From IMG/VR virus record IMGVR_UViG_2855308460_000004: a stretch of 17,105 bases of DNA, one strand, 5' to 3'. The notes under the pieces are model-generated. The model did no database searches. It had not been told where the DNA came from and saw only the letters and a program-made list of their open reading frames with translations. This document shows positions 9,298-16,833 of this stretch, piece by piece. Position 1 is the stretch's first letter; each line of letters begins with the position of its first letter. The stretch comes from a virus. Lineage: Duplodnaviria; Heunggongvirae; Uroviricota; Caudoviricetes. Both the position numbers and the translations under genes were made by a program.

Positions 9298-9323
9298 TGC
9301 TAAACAGTAAACTGGAGGACACT

Positions 9324-9560
9324 ATGAAAATATGTAGAATGGGATATGATTTACAGAAAGATGGAAAGCCGTCTCACAGATGTCATATGGATAACCAGCC
9401 TGAATTTTGTAAAGATTGTAACAAATTAGAAGATTTATATACTACGGAAGAAGTCTGGGAAGCAATTAATAATTTAAAGGATTGGGATAACTATAATCCG
9501 TTCCATGAACAGGTTGACCAGGTATTAAATATGTTTACTCATATGGAAAAAGAAAACTAA
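9324..9560 (+). CDS. Small Cys/His-containing hypothetical protein
   Basis: RBS ggagg before ATG 9324 (alternative ATG 9294 overlaps the upstream TGA); C...HRCH...CKDC pattern. Confidence 0.7.
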   Translation: MKICRMGYDLQKDGKPSHRCHMDNQPEFCKDCNKLEDLYTTEEVWEAINNLKDWDNYNPFHEQVDQVLNMFTHMEKEN

Positions 9561-9580
9561 AAAGGCCAAATGGAGGAAAT

Positions 9581-10588
9581 ATGGATAAACTAAATCATAT
9601 AATAGGATGCCTAATGGGAGGCGCTTGTGGTGATGCGTTAGGTTATAGTGTTGAATTTGATAAAATAAAAAAAATCAAAAAGATATATGGCACACAGGGA
9701 ATTACTGATTTTGAATTAACAAATGGCAGGGCGCTTGTGTCTGATGATACACAGATGACATTATTTACAGCCGCAGGCATTTTAATGGCAAAGAAGAAAA
9801 AAGTAGAATATTCAACCGGTATCTGGAATGCATATAAGGACTGGTATTATACGCAGACAAAAAACAATGAATACCATCCATTTACAGAATTGTATAATAT
9901 AGACTCATTGCATAGTAGAAGGGCTCCTGGAAATACATGTATAAGTGTATTAAAAATATTTCCTAACAAAAGAACAATTGAAAAACCAGCAAATTTAAGC
10001 AAAGGTTGTGGAGGAATCATGAGGGTTGCGCCAATTGGCTGTATGGAACTTGGAAGAACTACTTACGCAAATGGATGGTTGGGTGCGGAGGCTGCCGCTT
10101 TAACACATGGCCATCCATTAGGATATATTCCAGCCGGTTTTTTGGCGGATTTAATTTTTAGAATCATCACATGTGAGGAAGGCAAGGTCCTTGAACATTT
10201 AATCATGGATTCTCTAAGTGAAACAGTTACTGCTTTTGAAGATTGCAGAAGCGTTAAATACTTCGAATCTATAATAAAAAAGGCAATTGAATTATCAAAA
10301 ACGGAACAAGATGATTTAAATGGAATCGCAAAACTAGGAGAGGGTTGGGTGGCAGAGGAAACAGCTGCCATTGCCATATATTCGTGTCTACGTTATCCGG
10401 AAGATTTAAAGAAGGCCATTATTTGTGCAGTAAATCATAATGGAGATAGTGATTCAACCGGTTCTGTTACAGGAAACATTTTAGGTGCGTATCTGTGTGA
10501 TGGTGCAGTAGAGAGTGCATTTGATGTGAAATTATTGGACCAATACGAAACTATCTTGCAGATTGCGGATCAGTTAGCTCACTTATAA
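9581..10588 (+). CDS. ADP-ribosylglycohydrolase (DraG/ARH/Tri1 superfamily)
   Basis: GDALG, SDDTQMT, RAPGNTC, SKGCGGIMRVAP, THGHP, GWVAEE and AVNHNGDSDSTG motifs; RBS ggagg. Confidence 0.93.
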   Translation: MDKLNHIIGCLMGGACGDALGYSVEFDKIKKIKKIYGTQGITDFELTNGRALVSDDTQMTLFTAAGILMAKKKKVEYSTGIWNAYKDWYYTQTKNNEYHPFTELYNIDSLHSRRAPGNTCISVLKIFPNKRTIEKPANLSKGCGGIMRVAPIGCMELGRTTYANGWLGAEAAALTHGHPLGYIPAGFLADLIFRIITCEEGKVLEHLIMDSLSETVTAFEDCRSVKYFESIIKKAIELSKTEQDDLNGIAKLGEGWVAEETAAIAIYSCLRYPEDLKKAIICAVNHNGDSDSTGSVTGNILGAYLCDGAVESAFDVKLLDQYETILQIADQLAHL

Positions 10589-10589
10589 T

Positions 10590-10614
10590 AAAAAAGACCA
10601 GTCAATGGTCTTTT
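10590..10614. terminator. Bidirectional Rho-independent terminator
   Basis: aaaagacca-gtcaa-tggtctttt; the loop contains the TGA (tca, 10602-10604) of the minus-strand gene. Confidence 0.8.
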
Positions 10615-10901
10615 CTTAATTTTGGTTCTATTATTTTATCATAAAGAAATAGGACAATTATTAATGCAATAAAAGAATAGAGTATAATGTAGGCTGAGAG
10701 TTGTGCTCCAGCTGTGCATTCAGAAGCCTTTATCGCATCTTCTGAAAGATTATATAGTTTTTCATTTACACTGAATACAAACAAACATCCAACTCCACTA
10801 ACCAATAAGAGAACATGCAGAATGACTATGGTTGAAATTATGCCATCGACAATATCCTGTTTACTTTTTTGTGAATGAGGTGGCCTTACTGGTGGTCTCA
10901 T
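10602..10901 (-). CDS. Small two-TM membrane protein
   Basis: RBS gaaaggag; two hydrophobic helices (IISTIVILHVLLLVSGVGCLFVF; AYIILYSFIALIIVLFL). Confidence 0.75.
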   Translation of the reverse strand: MRPPVRPPHSQKSKQDIVDGIISTIVILHVLLLVSGVGCLFVFSVNEKLYNLSEDAIKASECTAGAQLSAYIILYSFIALIIVLFLYDKIIEPKLRKDH

Positions 10902-11008
10902 ATAATTCTCCTTTCATCTGTTATATATAATTATGATGTCATAATTCGTCGTAATATATTGTGTAAAAAATACATATTAAGATTAATTAGATGAAAGGAG
11001 TTAAAATA

Positions 11009-11284
11009 ATGAATGACGAAATATTTGAAAAGTTTCTTGTATTTCTTAAGAATACCGGAAGAGAAGATCAGTTGAAATATGCGGATTCTATTATAATCTG
11101 AGATTCTGATAAGTGTGAACAATACCGCTATGTATGGGAGAAAAATAATATTCCATATATCCATGGTGTTATGATTTATCTTGTGACGAAGATGAATCCA
11201 TACTGCAAGGAAGCGAGAGTCTCAATCTCGGCATCCAATTTTGTGATTAATCATTATGATGAATTCAAAGAACTCCTTCCGTAA
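11009..11284 (+). pseudogene. 91-codon gene interrupted by one in-frame TGA (codon 31, 11099-11101); not in the ORF track
   Basis: RBS aaggag upstream of ATG 11009; translation MNDEIFEKFLVFLKNTGREDQLKYADSIII*DSDKCEQYRYVWEKNNIPYIHGVMIYLVTKMNPYCKEARVSISASNFVINHYDEFKELLP; TAA at 11282-11284 is followed at once by a terminator. Confidence 0.75.
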
Positions 11285-11306
11285 AAGTGCCTTATAGCGC
11301 TTTTTT
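11283..11306 (+). terminator. Rho-independent terminator
   Basis: aaaagtgc-cttata-gcgctttttt (one G:U pair). Confidence 0.7.
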
Positions 11307-11349
11307 AATTTACATACTATACGAAATAGATAATATGGAGGAAATTATT

Positions 11350-11901
11350 ATGGCTGGTATCGTATTAATGAGAGAAAATGTGAAAGTGACTACAACAAAC
11401 ACAGAATCCTATGAATCAATTCATATGGAAGGAACCGAAAAAGGGATCTTTTTGAGAAATCCATTAAAAAAGATTTCTTTTCAGGATGGATTTGATTGGG
11501 AAGACGATTCCGCGCAGAATGTTTACACATATGCTAGGAAAATTAAAAACCCAGTACGCCGGATGTACGAAATCTGTATCGGAAATGGAACTATTGTTAA
11601 GGAATTGAATGAGTGGATGAATGACTATGATTTTGCAGGATTTACTGGAAATATTCTTTGCAGTCCTATTTACTTTAAAAGAAAGTTCAGGCAGCTTCAG
11701 TTAAAATCAAACACCGACTCACTAGTCAAAGAGATTGTTTCTAAAGGCTACGAAAATGAATTTGAATTGTGCAATGGCGGATGTGAAAAAGAAAAAACAC
11801 AGATCAAGTTCCATAACAAAAAGAAATCAAACTTCATAACAAAAGACTCTTACAATTACACATACCTACATATTTGTGAAGAATTAATAAAGAAGGCTTA
11901 A
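11350..11901 (+). CDS. Hypothetical protein (183 aa)
   Basis: RBS ggagg before ATG 11350; the GTG 11287 start in the track lies inside a terminator. Confidence 0.75.
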   Translation: MAGIVLMRENVKVTTTNTESYESIHMEGTEKGIFLRNPLKKISFQDGFDWEDDSAQNVYTYARKIKNPVRRMYEICIGNGTIVKELNEWMNDYDFAGFTGNILCSPIYFKRKFRQLQLKSNTDSLVKEIVSKGYENEFELCNGGCEKEKTQIKFHNKKKSNFITKDSYNYTYLHICEELIKKA

Positions 11902-11913
11902 TGCCTTCTTTTT
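11889..11913. terminator. Bidirectional Rho-independent terminator
   Basis: aaagaaggc-ttaat-gccttcttttt; the loop contains the TAA (11899-11901) of the upstream gene. Confidence 0.8.
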
Positions 11914-11972
11914 GTCAATATGCCATTAACGGCTATCTTTATCAGAATTGATTATAACACAATCTTTTTGTG

Positions 11973-12566
11973 TCACACCATGGCCAATTGTACTATGATT
12001 GGCAAAGATTCATTTATACCCTGGTCGGCATTACCATCTTGTTCATTATCATATTCGTCAACTATATTTTTTATAGAATCGTCAAAGGATGGTCTACTCT
12101 GACTGCCGCTGCCAAAAAAGGACAAACCTTCAAGTGTATCAAATTTCGAGACATGTATGACAGCACTAGGTTCACCAATATAATCACTGGCTTCACATAC
12201 AACGCCATTATGTATGATACCACCATTTATATCTAGTCCTTTTGAATTTTGTGCTAGTGATTTAACAAAGACAGCCGTATTGGAATGCCCAGTTATTAAA
12301 GCTGCTTTCAGACATTCGATTTTTGATGCATTTGGAATTGGATGTATTTGTTCTAATTGCTTTAGCCCATCCGTATGCCCATTTTCTGCAAGAATGATTG
12401 CAGCTGAAGAGACTAATTTGGAAAAGTCCTCTTCTGAATGGACATCATGGGACAACTTAGCCAGGAATTCAACCTTTCCATTCAAGGCTTCTTTTTTGAT
12501 TATTTCTAATGCAGATGATTTTTCAACGGATTGCGATTTCGCATGTTTGAAAAATTCATTATTCAT
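11973..12566 (-). CDS. Hypothetical protein with three degenerate ankyrin-like repeats and an acidic C-terminal tail
   Basis: RBS gagg; EALNGKVEFLAKL, ILAENGHTDGLKQL and AALITGHSNTAVFV with the Gly at residues 30, 63 and 93 (33/30-aa spacing). Confidence 0.6.
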   Translation of the reverse strand: MNNEFFKHAKSQSVEKSSALEIIKKEALNGKVEFLAKLSHDVHSEEDFSKLVSSAAIILAENGHTDGLKQLEQIHPIPNASKIECLKAALITGHSNTAVFVKSLAQNSKGLDINGGIIHNGVVCEASDYIGEPSAVIHVSKFDTLEGLSFFGSGSQSRPSFDDSIKNIVDEYDNEQDGNADQGINESLPIIVQLAMV

Positions 12567-12707
12567 TTTTAACCCTCATTTTACTTTACATTAATGGCTT
12601 ATAGTAATTATGTAATATTAAATTGTTTGTTACTGTTTAGTTTGCATCCACATACTATATATACAAATTATAGTTAGAGATGTATATATAAATGGGAGGA
12701 ATTATTT

Positions 12708-13073
12708 GTGATGAAATTTATAGATGAAAATATACCAGCAGAGTATATGGAATATATTAAAAAAGCTTATGAAACTGGTCATGATGAGGGTTATGATGAG
12801 GGTTATGATGAGGGTTATGATGAGGGCAAAAAGGATGGTTATGATGATGGCTATGACGATTGCGATAGTGATAAAATAGAAGATGAAAATGAAGAATGTT
12901 ATGACGAAGGATATAGGGTTGGTTGTCATATCGGTATGCGTCAAATCATCGAGATGCTGGGATATGACACGACAATAAAGATACAAGATAAGACTCAGTA
13001 CAATATATGCTATGGCGATGATGTTGATTTAAATGAACTAATCGAAGCAATTAAAAAAATGGCTGAATCATAA
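12708..13073 (+). CDS. Acidic hypothetical protein with G(Y/H)DEG repeats
   Basis: RBS gggagg before GTG; GHDEGYDEGYDEGYDEGKKDGYDDGYDD. Confidence 0.8.
   Translation: MMKFIDENIPAEYMEYIKKAYETGHDEGYDEGYDEGYDEGKKDGYDDGYDDCDSDKIEDENEECYDEGYRVGCHIGMRQIIEMLGYDTTIKIQDKTQYNICYGDDVDLNELIEAIKKMAES
12781..12826 (+). repeat. Perfect 12-bp in-frame tandem repeat (atgatgagggtt x3 plus a 10-bp partial copy)
   Basis: Read directly from the sequence; encodes (YDEG)n. Confidence 0.95.
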
Positions 13074-13102
13074 AGGTTTGGAATGTTGGGAGAAAAAATA
13101 GA

Positions 13103-13309
13103 ATGCTTAAAAGATTTTTTTGTAATCATGATTGGAAAATTGTAAATGAATATCATGAAAGTGTCTATCTCGGTCCTATAGATGGATGGATTCGTGTAAA
13201 ACAGTCTTATCTCTTATATTGCAAGAAATGTAAAAGAAAAAAGTGGTTTACAGAAGAAGAGACAAAGACAATTATGAATATTCAGAAAATAGAAAACCAA
13301 GGAAAATAG
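13103..13309 (+). CDS. Small phage-type protein with C-x-H and CxxC (possible Zn-binding) motifs
   Basis: FCNHDW...YCKKCK; RBS gggag. Confidence 0.7.
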   Translation: MLKRFFCNHDWKIVNEYHESVYLGPIDGWIRVKQSYLLYCKKCKRKKWFTEEETKTIMNIQKIENQGK

Positions 13310-13324
13310 TAAGGAGATAATGAA

Positions 13325-13774
13325 ATGAATAAAACAGAATTAATACGTATAGAGATGATTAAAGCAATGAAGGAAAAAGATAAGGATAGGAAGGATGCTC
13401 TTTCCATGCTGCTTAACGCTCTTAAAAATACAGAAATTGATAAGCGGACCATTCTTACAGAGGCGGAGGCAGATGTTGTCATAAAAAAGGAAATTAAACA
13501 GATGCGTGAAACCTTTGATACAGCTCCGGAAACAAGGCAGGATATCAAAAAAGAAGCCTCATATCGAATTGCTTTATATAAGGAGTTCGTTGAGGATGAT
13601 TTATCACCCGATAAGATAAAAGAAATCATCAATGAAACCCTGGATGAGCTTGGGATTAGTAATCCAAAAAAGTCGGATACTGGAAAAATCATGAAAGCAT
13701 TGATGCCAAAGATAAAAGGAAAAGCAGATGGTAAACTTGCAAATGCACAACTTACTGATATGATGAAAAACTAA
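13325..13774 (+). CDS. yqeY: GatB/YqeY domain-containing protein
   Basis: MIKAMKEKDKDRKDALSML..ALKN.EIDK...E...V.KKE.KQ..E...GKIMKALMPKIKGKADG; about 149 aa, the typical YqeY length; RBS aaggag. Confidence 0.9.
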   Translation: MNKTELIRIEMIKAMKEKDKDRKDALSMLLNALKNTEIDKRTILTEAEADVVIKKEIKQMRETFDTAPETRQDIKKEASYRIALYKEFVEDDLSPDKIKEIINETLDELGISNPKKSDTGKIMKALMPKIKGKADGKLANAQLTDMMKN

Positions 13775-13795
13775 ACCAGATAATTCTGGTTTTTT
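13773..13795 (+). terminator. Rho-independent terminator
   Basis: aaaccaga-taat-tctggtttttt overlapping the yqeY stop. Confidence 0.8.
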
Positions 13796-13872
13796 GATTG
13801 TTTATATGTATAAAAAAAATACATTATATATAAGATAAGAAATTTGGAGACGATTGAATGGAGGATTTAATT

Positions 13873-14175
13873 ATGACAAAGAAGAGAACAAATCAGAGAA
13901 TGTTTCATGTCCCAAATGCAAAAAATGCATGCATGGATGCAGAGGCAAAGCAACTTTTAAATTGTCTTGATAAAATCGAGGAAGCAAAAAAAGAAGGCAA
14001 CATGTCCTGTTATTTGCTTTCAGGAGAGAAGCATTATTTAACAAAAGATAATGAACAGAGATTACTGAATGCAGGGTATGATTTAATTAAAAAATACTTT
14101 GATTATAATCATGTCTACTTCTTAAATGCTATCTTTGATGAATCGGCAACAGGACGTTTAATTATTGAAACGTAA
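13873..14175 (+). CDS. Hypothetical protein (100 aa)
   Basis: RBS ggagg before ATG 13873 (alternative start 13858). Confidence 0.75.
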   Translation: MTKKRTNQRMFHVPNAKNACMDAEAKQLLNCLDKIEEAKKEGNMSCYLLSGEKHYLTKDNEQRLLNAGYDLIKKYFDYNHVYFLNAIFDESATGRLIIET

Positions 14176-14189
14176 AAAGGAAACGAAAT

Positions 14190-14218
14190 AAAAACAGGAA
14201 TTCAAATTCCTGTTTTTT
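14190..14218 (+). terminator. Rho-independent terminator
   Basis: aaaaacaggaat-tcaa-attcctgtttttt, 12-bp stem. Confidence 0.88.
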
Positions 14219-14268
14219 GTTTTTATTACATAATATAGTTATATGATAAGTAGCAGAAAGGAGTTTAA

Positions 14269-15591
14269 ATGAGATTCGTTAATGGAATTTGTCTGGAATG
14301 TAAACATGAAATACAGATAGATACAAATAAAATAACAGCAACCTGCCCGTTTTGCGGAAGTCTATATAATGTTGAAGAAACAATTAATCAAAAGGATAAT
14401 GTTTTATCCGAACTAAACGAAAATAAAAAAATTAAAAAGTTATATCATGATGTAGAAAAAGGTGTATCTGTTTGTGTGCAGGATAACATACAATTGTGCA
14501 TCAATACAGCTAACAATATTATAGGTTATATCCTACTTATCCAAATCAGTAATAAAGAAAAAGAAGTTTTAAACACATATTATTTAGAAGCCAGGGACAA
14601 AAACTATATTGATCTTAAACCGACTATAGATAAATTTAATAATTATGGAATTATAGAGTTGTATATTCAAATTAAAATATCAACAGAGAAAAATAAAAAT
14701 AATGATAAGTATACTTATTCATATTATACATATAATTATAGCAATTGGATTGATTTCGGATCCGTTTCATTATGTAGAAAAAGACCTAAGAAACAAAGAG
14801 AACGTTCTGAACGAGAGGCTGGGCCAGAGGCCACCCATGCTTTTGTTTGTTGGTTAATAATCATGTCTATATTATTCTTTGTATTAGTATCACCATTAGT
14901 ATTATCTCAGCTGGAAAATAATATGGATAGTGTAGTATCTGATTCATCAAACTATATGAGCGAAGTTGCTACAGAAAGCTCTATGGATGCGGATACATAC
15001 GATAAAGTTGGCATAAATCTTAATTATTCAACGGATGATAAACGGTTTAAAATCGTTAATGTTGAGTATAATTCGCCAGCAGAAAGAGCTGGATTAAAGC
15101 CAGGAGATACAATCCTGTCAATAGACGGACTTAACATAACAAAAAAACAGGATTTAATTGATATGCTTTCATCACATATAAAGGAAAATCCATATATCTT
15201 TATAATAGAGAGATATGACATAGAAAGAACAATTAAGGTTAATTGTTGTGAAATAGTAGCAGAGCCCACAAAGGAAATCGAAGTAACAGAAAGTGAACCA
15301 ATTGAGATACAGACACAATCCAAGAATAAATCCAGTAATGGTAAAATAGGTGTGACCATCAGTTCTTTGATGAATGGTAAATATATCATTACAAACGTTG
15401 AGGAAAATTCTCCAGCAGAACATGGTGGTATTCAGACAGGTGACATTGTCATATCTATCGATGGAATTGAGATTCATGAAGACTGGGACCTGCAGACTGT
15501 ACTATTAAAACATAATACAGGGAACCCTTATACATACATTGTAAACCGTGATGGTGAAGAAAAGAAACTTATTATTTCCATAGATGAATAA
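14269..15591 (+). CDS. Membrane protein: N-terminal Zn ribbon, single TM helix, two C-terminal PDZ domains
   Basis: CLEC...CPFCG; basic cluster RKRPKKQR, then TM AFVCWLIIMSILFFVLVSPLVL; PDZ1 KVGINL...VEYNSPAERAGLKPGDTILSIDG; PDZ2 KIGVTI...VEENSPAEHGGIQTGDIVISIDG. Confidence 0.85.
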   Translation: MRFVNGICLECKHEIQIDTNKITATCPFCGSLYNVEETINQKDNVLSELNENKKIKKLYHDVEKGVSVCVQDNIQLCINTANNIIGYILLIQISNKEKEVLNTYYLEARDKNYIDLKPTIDKFNNYGIIELYIQIKISTEKNKNNDKYTYSYYTYNYSNWIDFGSVSLCRKRPKKQRERSEREAGPEATHAFVCWLIIMSILFFVLVSPLVLSQLENNMDSVVSDSSNYMSEVATESSMDADTYDKVGINLNYSTDDKRFKIVNVEYNSPAERAGLKPGDTILSIDGLNITKKQDLIDMLSSHIKENPYIFIIERYDIERTIKVNCCEIVAEPTKEIEVTESEPIEIQTQSKNKSSNGKIGVTISSLMNGKYIITNVEENSPAEHGGIQTGDIVISIDGIEIHEDWDLQTVLLKHNTGNPYTYIVNRDGEEKKLIISIDE

Positions 15592-15612
15592 TAAATGAAG
15601 AAGAACATGGAA

Positions 15613-15641
15613 TTGCTTTTTTCATTTTTCAATACTATAAT
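15613..15641 (+). promoter_or_regulatory. sigmaA-type promoter
   Basis: TTGCTT (15613-15618), 17-bp spacer, TATAAT (15636-15641). Confidence 0.7.
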
Positions 15642-15674
15642 ATATTTATACCATAGAGAGAGGATTGAAAAAAG

Positions 15675-15902
15675 TTGCTAAAGAAAGGTGATACTGGATA
15701 TATTGTAGAAAATAACAATAAAGTTACCCAGGTACACATATTAGCCTGCAGTGGAAATTTATATACAATTAAGTTGAATGGCGGAGCAATACGCCTGCCA
15801 AAACACCGTATATTTGCATCAGAAGAGGATGCAAATAACAGTCTGATGAAAAATAAAGGTGTCTGTTCACAAAGATATAGGAGCCCTTACGATTATATGT
15901 AA
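15675..15902 (+). CDS. Small hypothetical protein (75 aa, TTG start)
   Basis: RBS agagagg, upstream promoter and downstream terminator; beta-rich, possibly SH3/KOW-like (KGDTGYIV). Confidence 0.7.
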   Translation: MLKKGDTGYIVENNNKVTQVHILACSGNLYTIKLNGGAIRLPKHRIFASEEDANNSLMKNKGVCSQRYRSPYDYM

Positions 15903-15930
15903 AAAGAAGGTTTACCACCTTCTTTTTTTT
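15901..15930. terminator. Bidirectional Rho-independent terminator
   Basis: aaaaagaaggt-ttacc-accttctttttttt; the loop contains the mscS stop (tta, 15912-15914). Confidence 0.85.
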
Positions 15931-16715
15931 ATTTCATGTTTACGGCTTATCAACTCTATCTTTTTATAGGGTATTTCAATTTTAGCATGTTTAAATTGTT
16001 CAATAATTTCCATACGGATATCACTAGAAGCCTGGAAGTTATCAGAAACATTTTTAGTCCAAACGGTAGCTTTTAATATGATCCCAGTTTCAGTTAAGTC
16101 TTTTACAATGACTCCAGGATTATGATATTCATTCGTTATTACTAATCGATGATTTCGGATGATTGAGTCAAATACAGATACGGCTTTTCTTATGTCACTT
16201 TCATAAGATATTGTAACTTCTAAATAATTTCCGATGACAGAATCATCATAATTGGAGTTCTTTAATATTTCATTATTGATTACACTATTTGGGATGACGA
16301 TACGCTGGTTATCAAAACCCTTAATGACAGTATGACGTAATGTGATTGTTTCTATGATGCCTGTAATATTTGAATTCACAAGGTTTACACGTTCTCCTAT
16401 ATCAAACGGTTTCGCGACAGATAACATAAGCCCACTGATGATATTATTTAAGGTTTGTTGGGCTGCAAATCCTGCAACGGCAACAAATAATCCAGAACTC
16501 TTTAAAATGGACTTGAAAATTTCCTTTGTATTTTCAAATTGCATACCAATCATACTTATTGCTAAGAATATGATACAGGCCGTTATAATGCCTGATAGGA
16601 AATTAATATGAATTTTATTCTGTTTTTTTAGAATCCATTTGAAAATTTTCTGATTAGTACGGATAAGTACGATGCTTACTATGATTATCATGATTATTTT
16701 TTTTGTAGTATCCAT
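15912..16715 (-). CDS. mscS: Small-conductance mechanosensitive channel (MscS family), 267 aa
   Basis: RBS ggagga before ATG 16715 (the track's 16964 start is an upstream extension); TM segments, then GFAAQQTLNNIISG...KPFDIGERV...GIIETITLRHT...IPNS...F..AKIEIPY. Confidence 0.9.
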   Translation of the reverse strand: MDTTKKIIMIIIVSIVLIRTNQKIFKWILKKQNKIHINFLSGIITACIIFLAISMIGMQFENTKEIFKSILKSSGLFVAVAGFAAQQTLNNIISGLMLSVAKPFDIGERVNLVNSNITGIIETITLRHTVIKGFDNQRIVIPNSVINNEILKNSNYDDSVIGNYLEVTISYESDIRKAVSVFDSIIRNHRLVITNEYHNPGVIVKDLTETGIILKATVWTKNVSDNFQASSDIRMEIIEQFKHAKIEIPYKKIELISRKHEIKKRRW

Positions 16716-16833
16716 ATATTCCTCCATACAATAAATATGTAAGAAAAATGGTTTTCTTTCATTTTCTAAGAGATGCAATATAGAGGGAAATATGTTAAAA
16801 TAATATAATATAAAATTCATGAAGGAAAATGTT

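Noticed and set aside
11099-11150. Selenocysteine insertion at the internal TGA
   Set aside because: No stable hairpin directly downstream, no redox-type (U/C)xxC context, and no sel genes in the window.
10931-11164. Minus-strand 77-aa ORF in the track
   Set aside because: It overlaps the better-supported plus-strand gene 11009-11284, which has an RBS and terminator.
11313-12657. CATACTA motifs (11313, 12651) resembling the sporulation sigmaG -10 box
   Set aside because: No matching -35 element at the right spacing; a 7-mer is expected by chance in AT-rich DNA.
12781-12826. Possible CRISPR-like or iteron array
   Set aside because: The repeats are contiguous, spacer-less, 12 bp and in frame within a CDS.
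2156-16611. Shadow ORFs in the track (e.g. 2156-2563, 3485-3790, 4129-4326, 4637-5644 set, 7681-7917, 10063-10377, 12214-12594, 12702-12986, 13282-13692, 15024-15477, 16342-16611)
   Set aside because: They lie antisense or out of frame to well-supported genes, lack RBSs and have low-complexity mirror composition.
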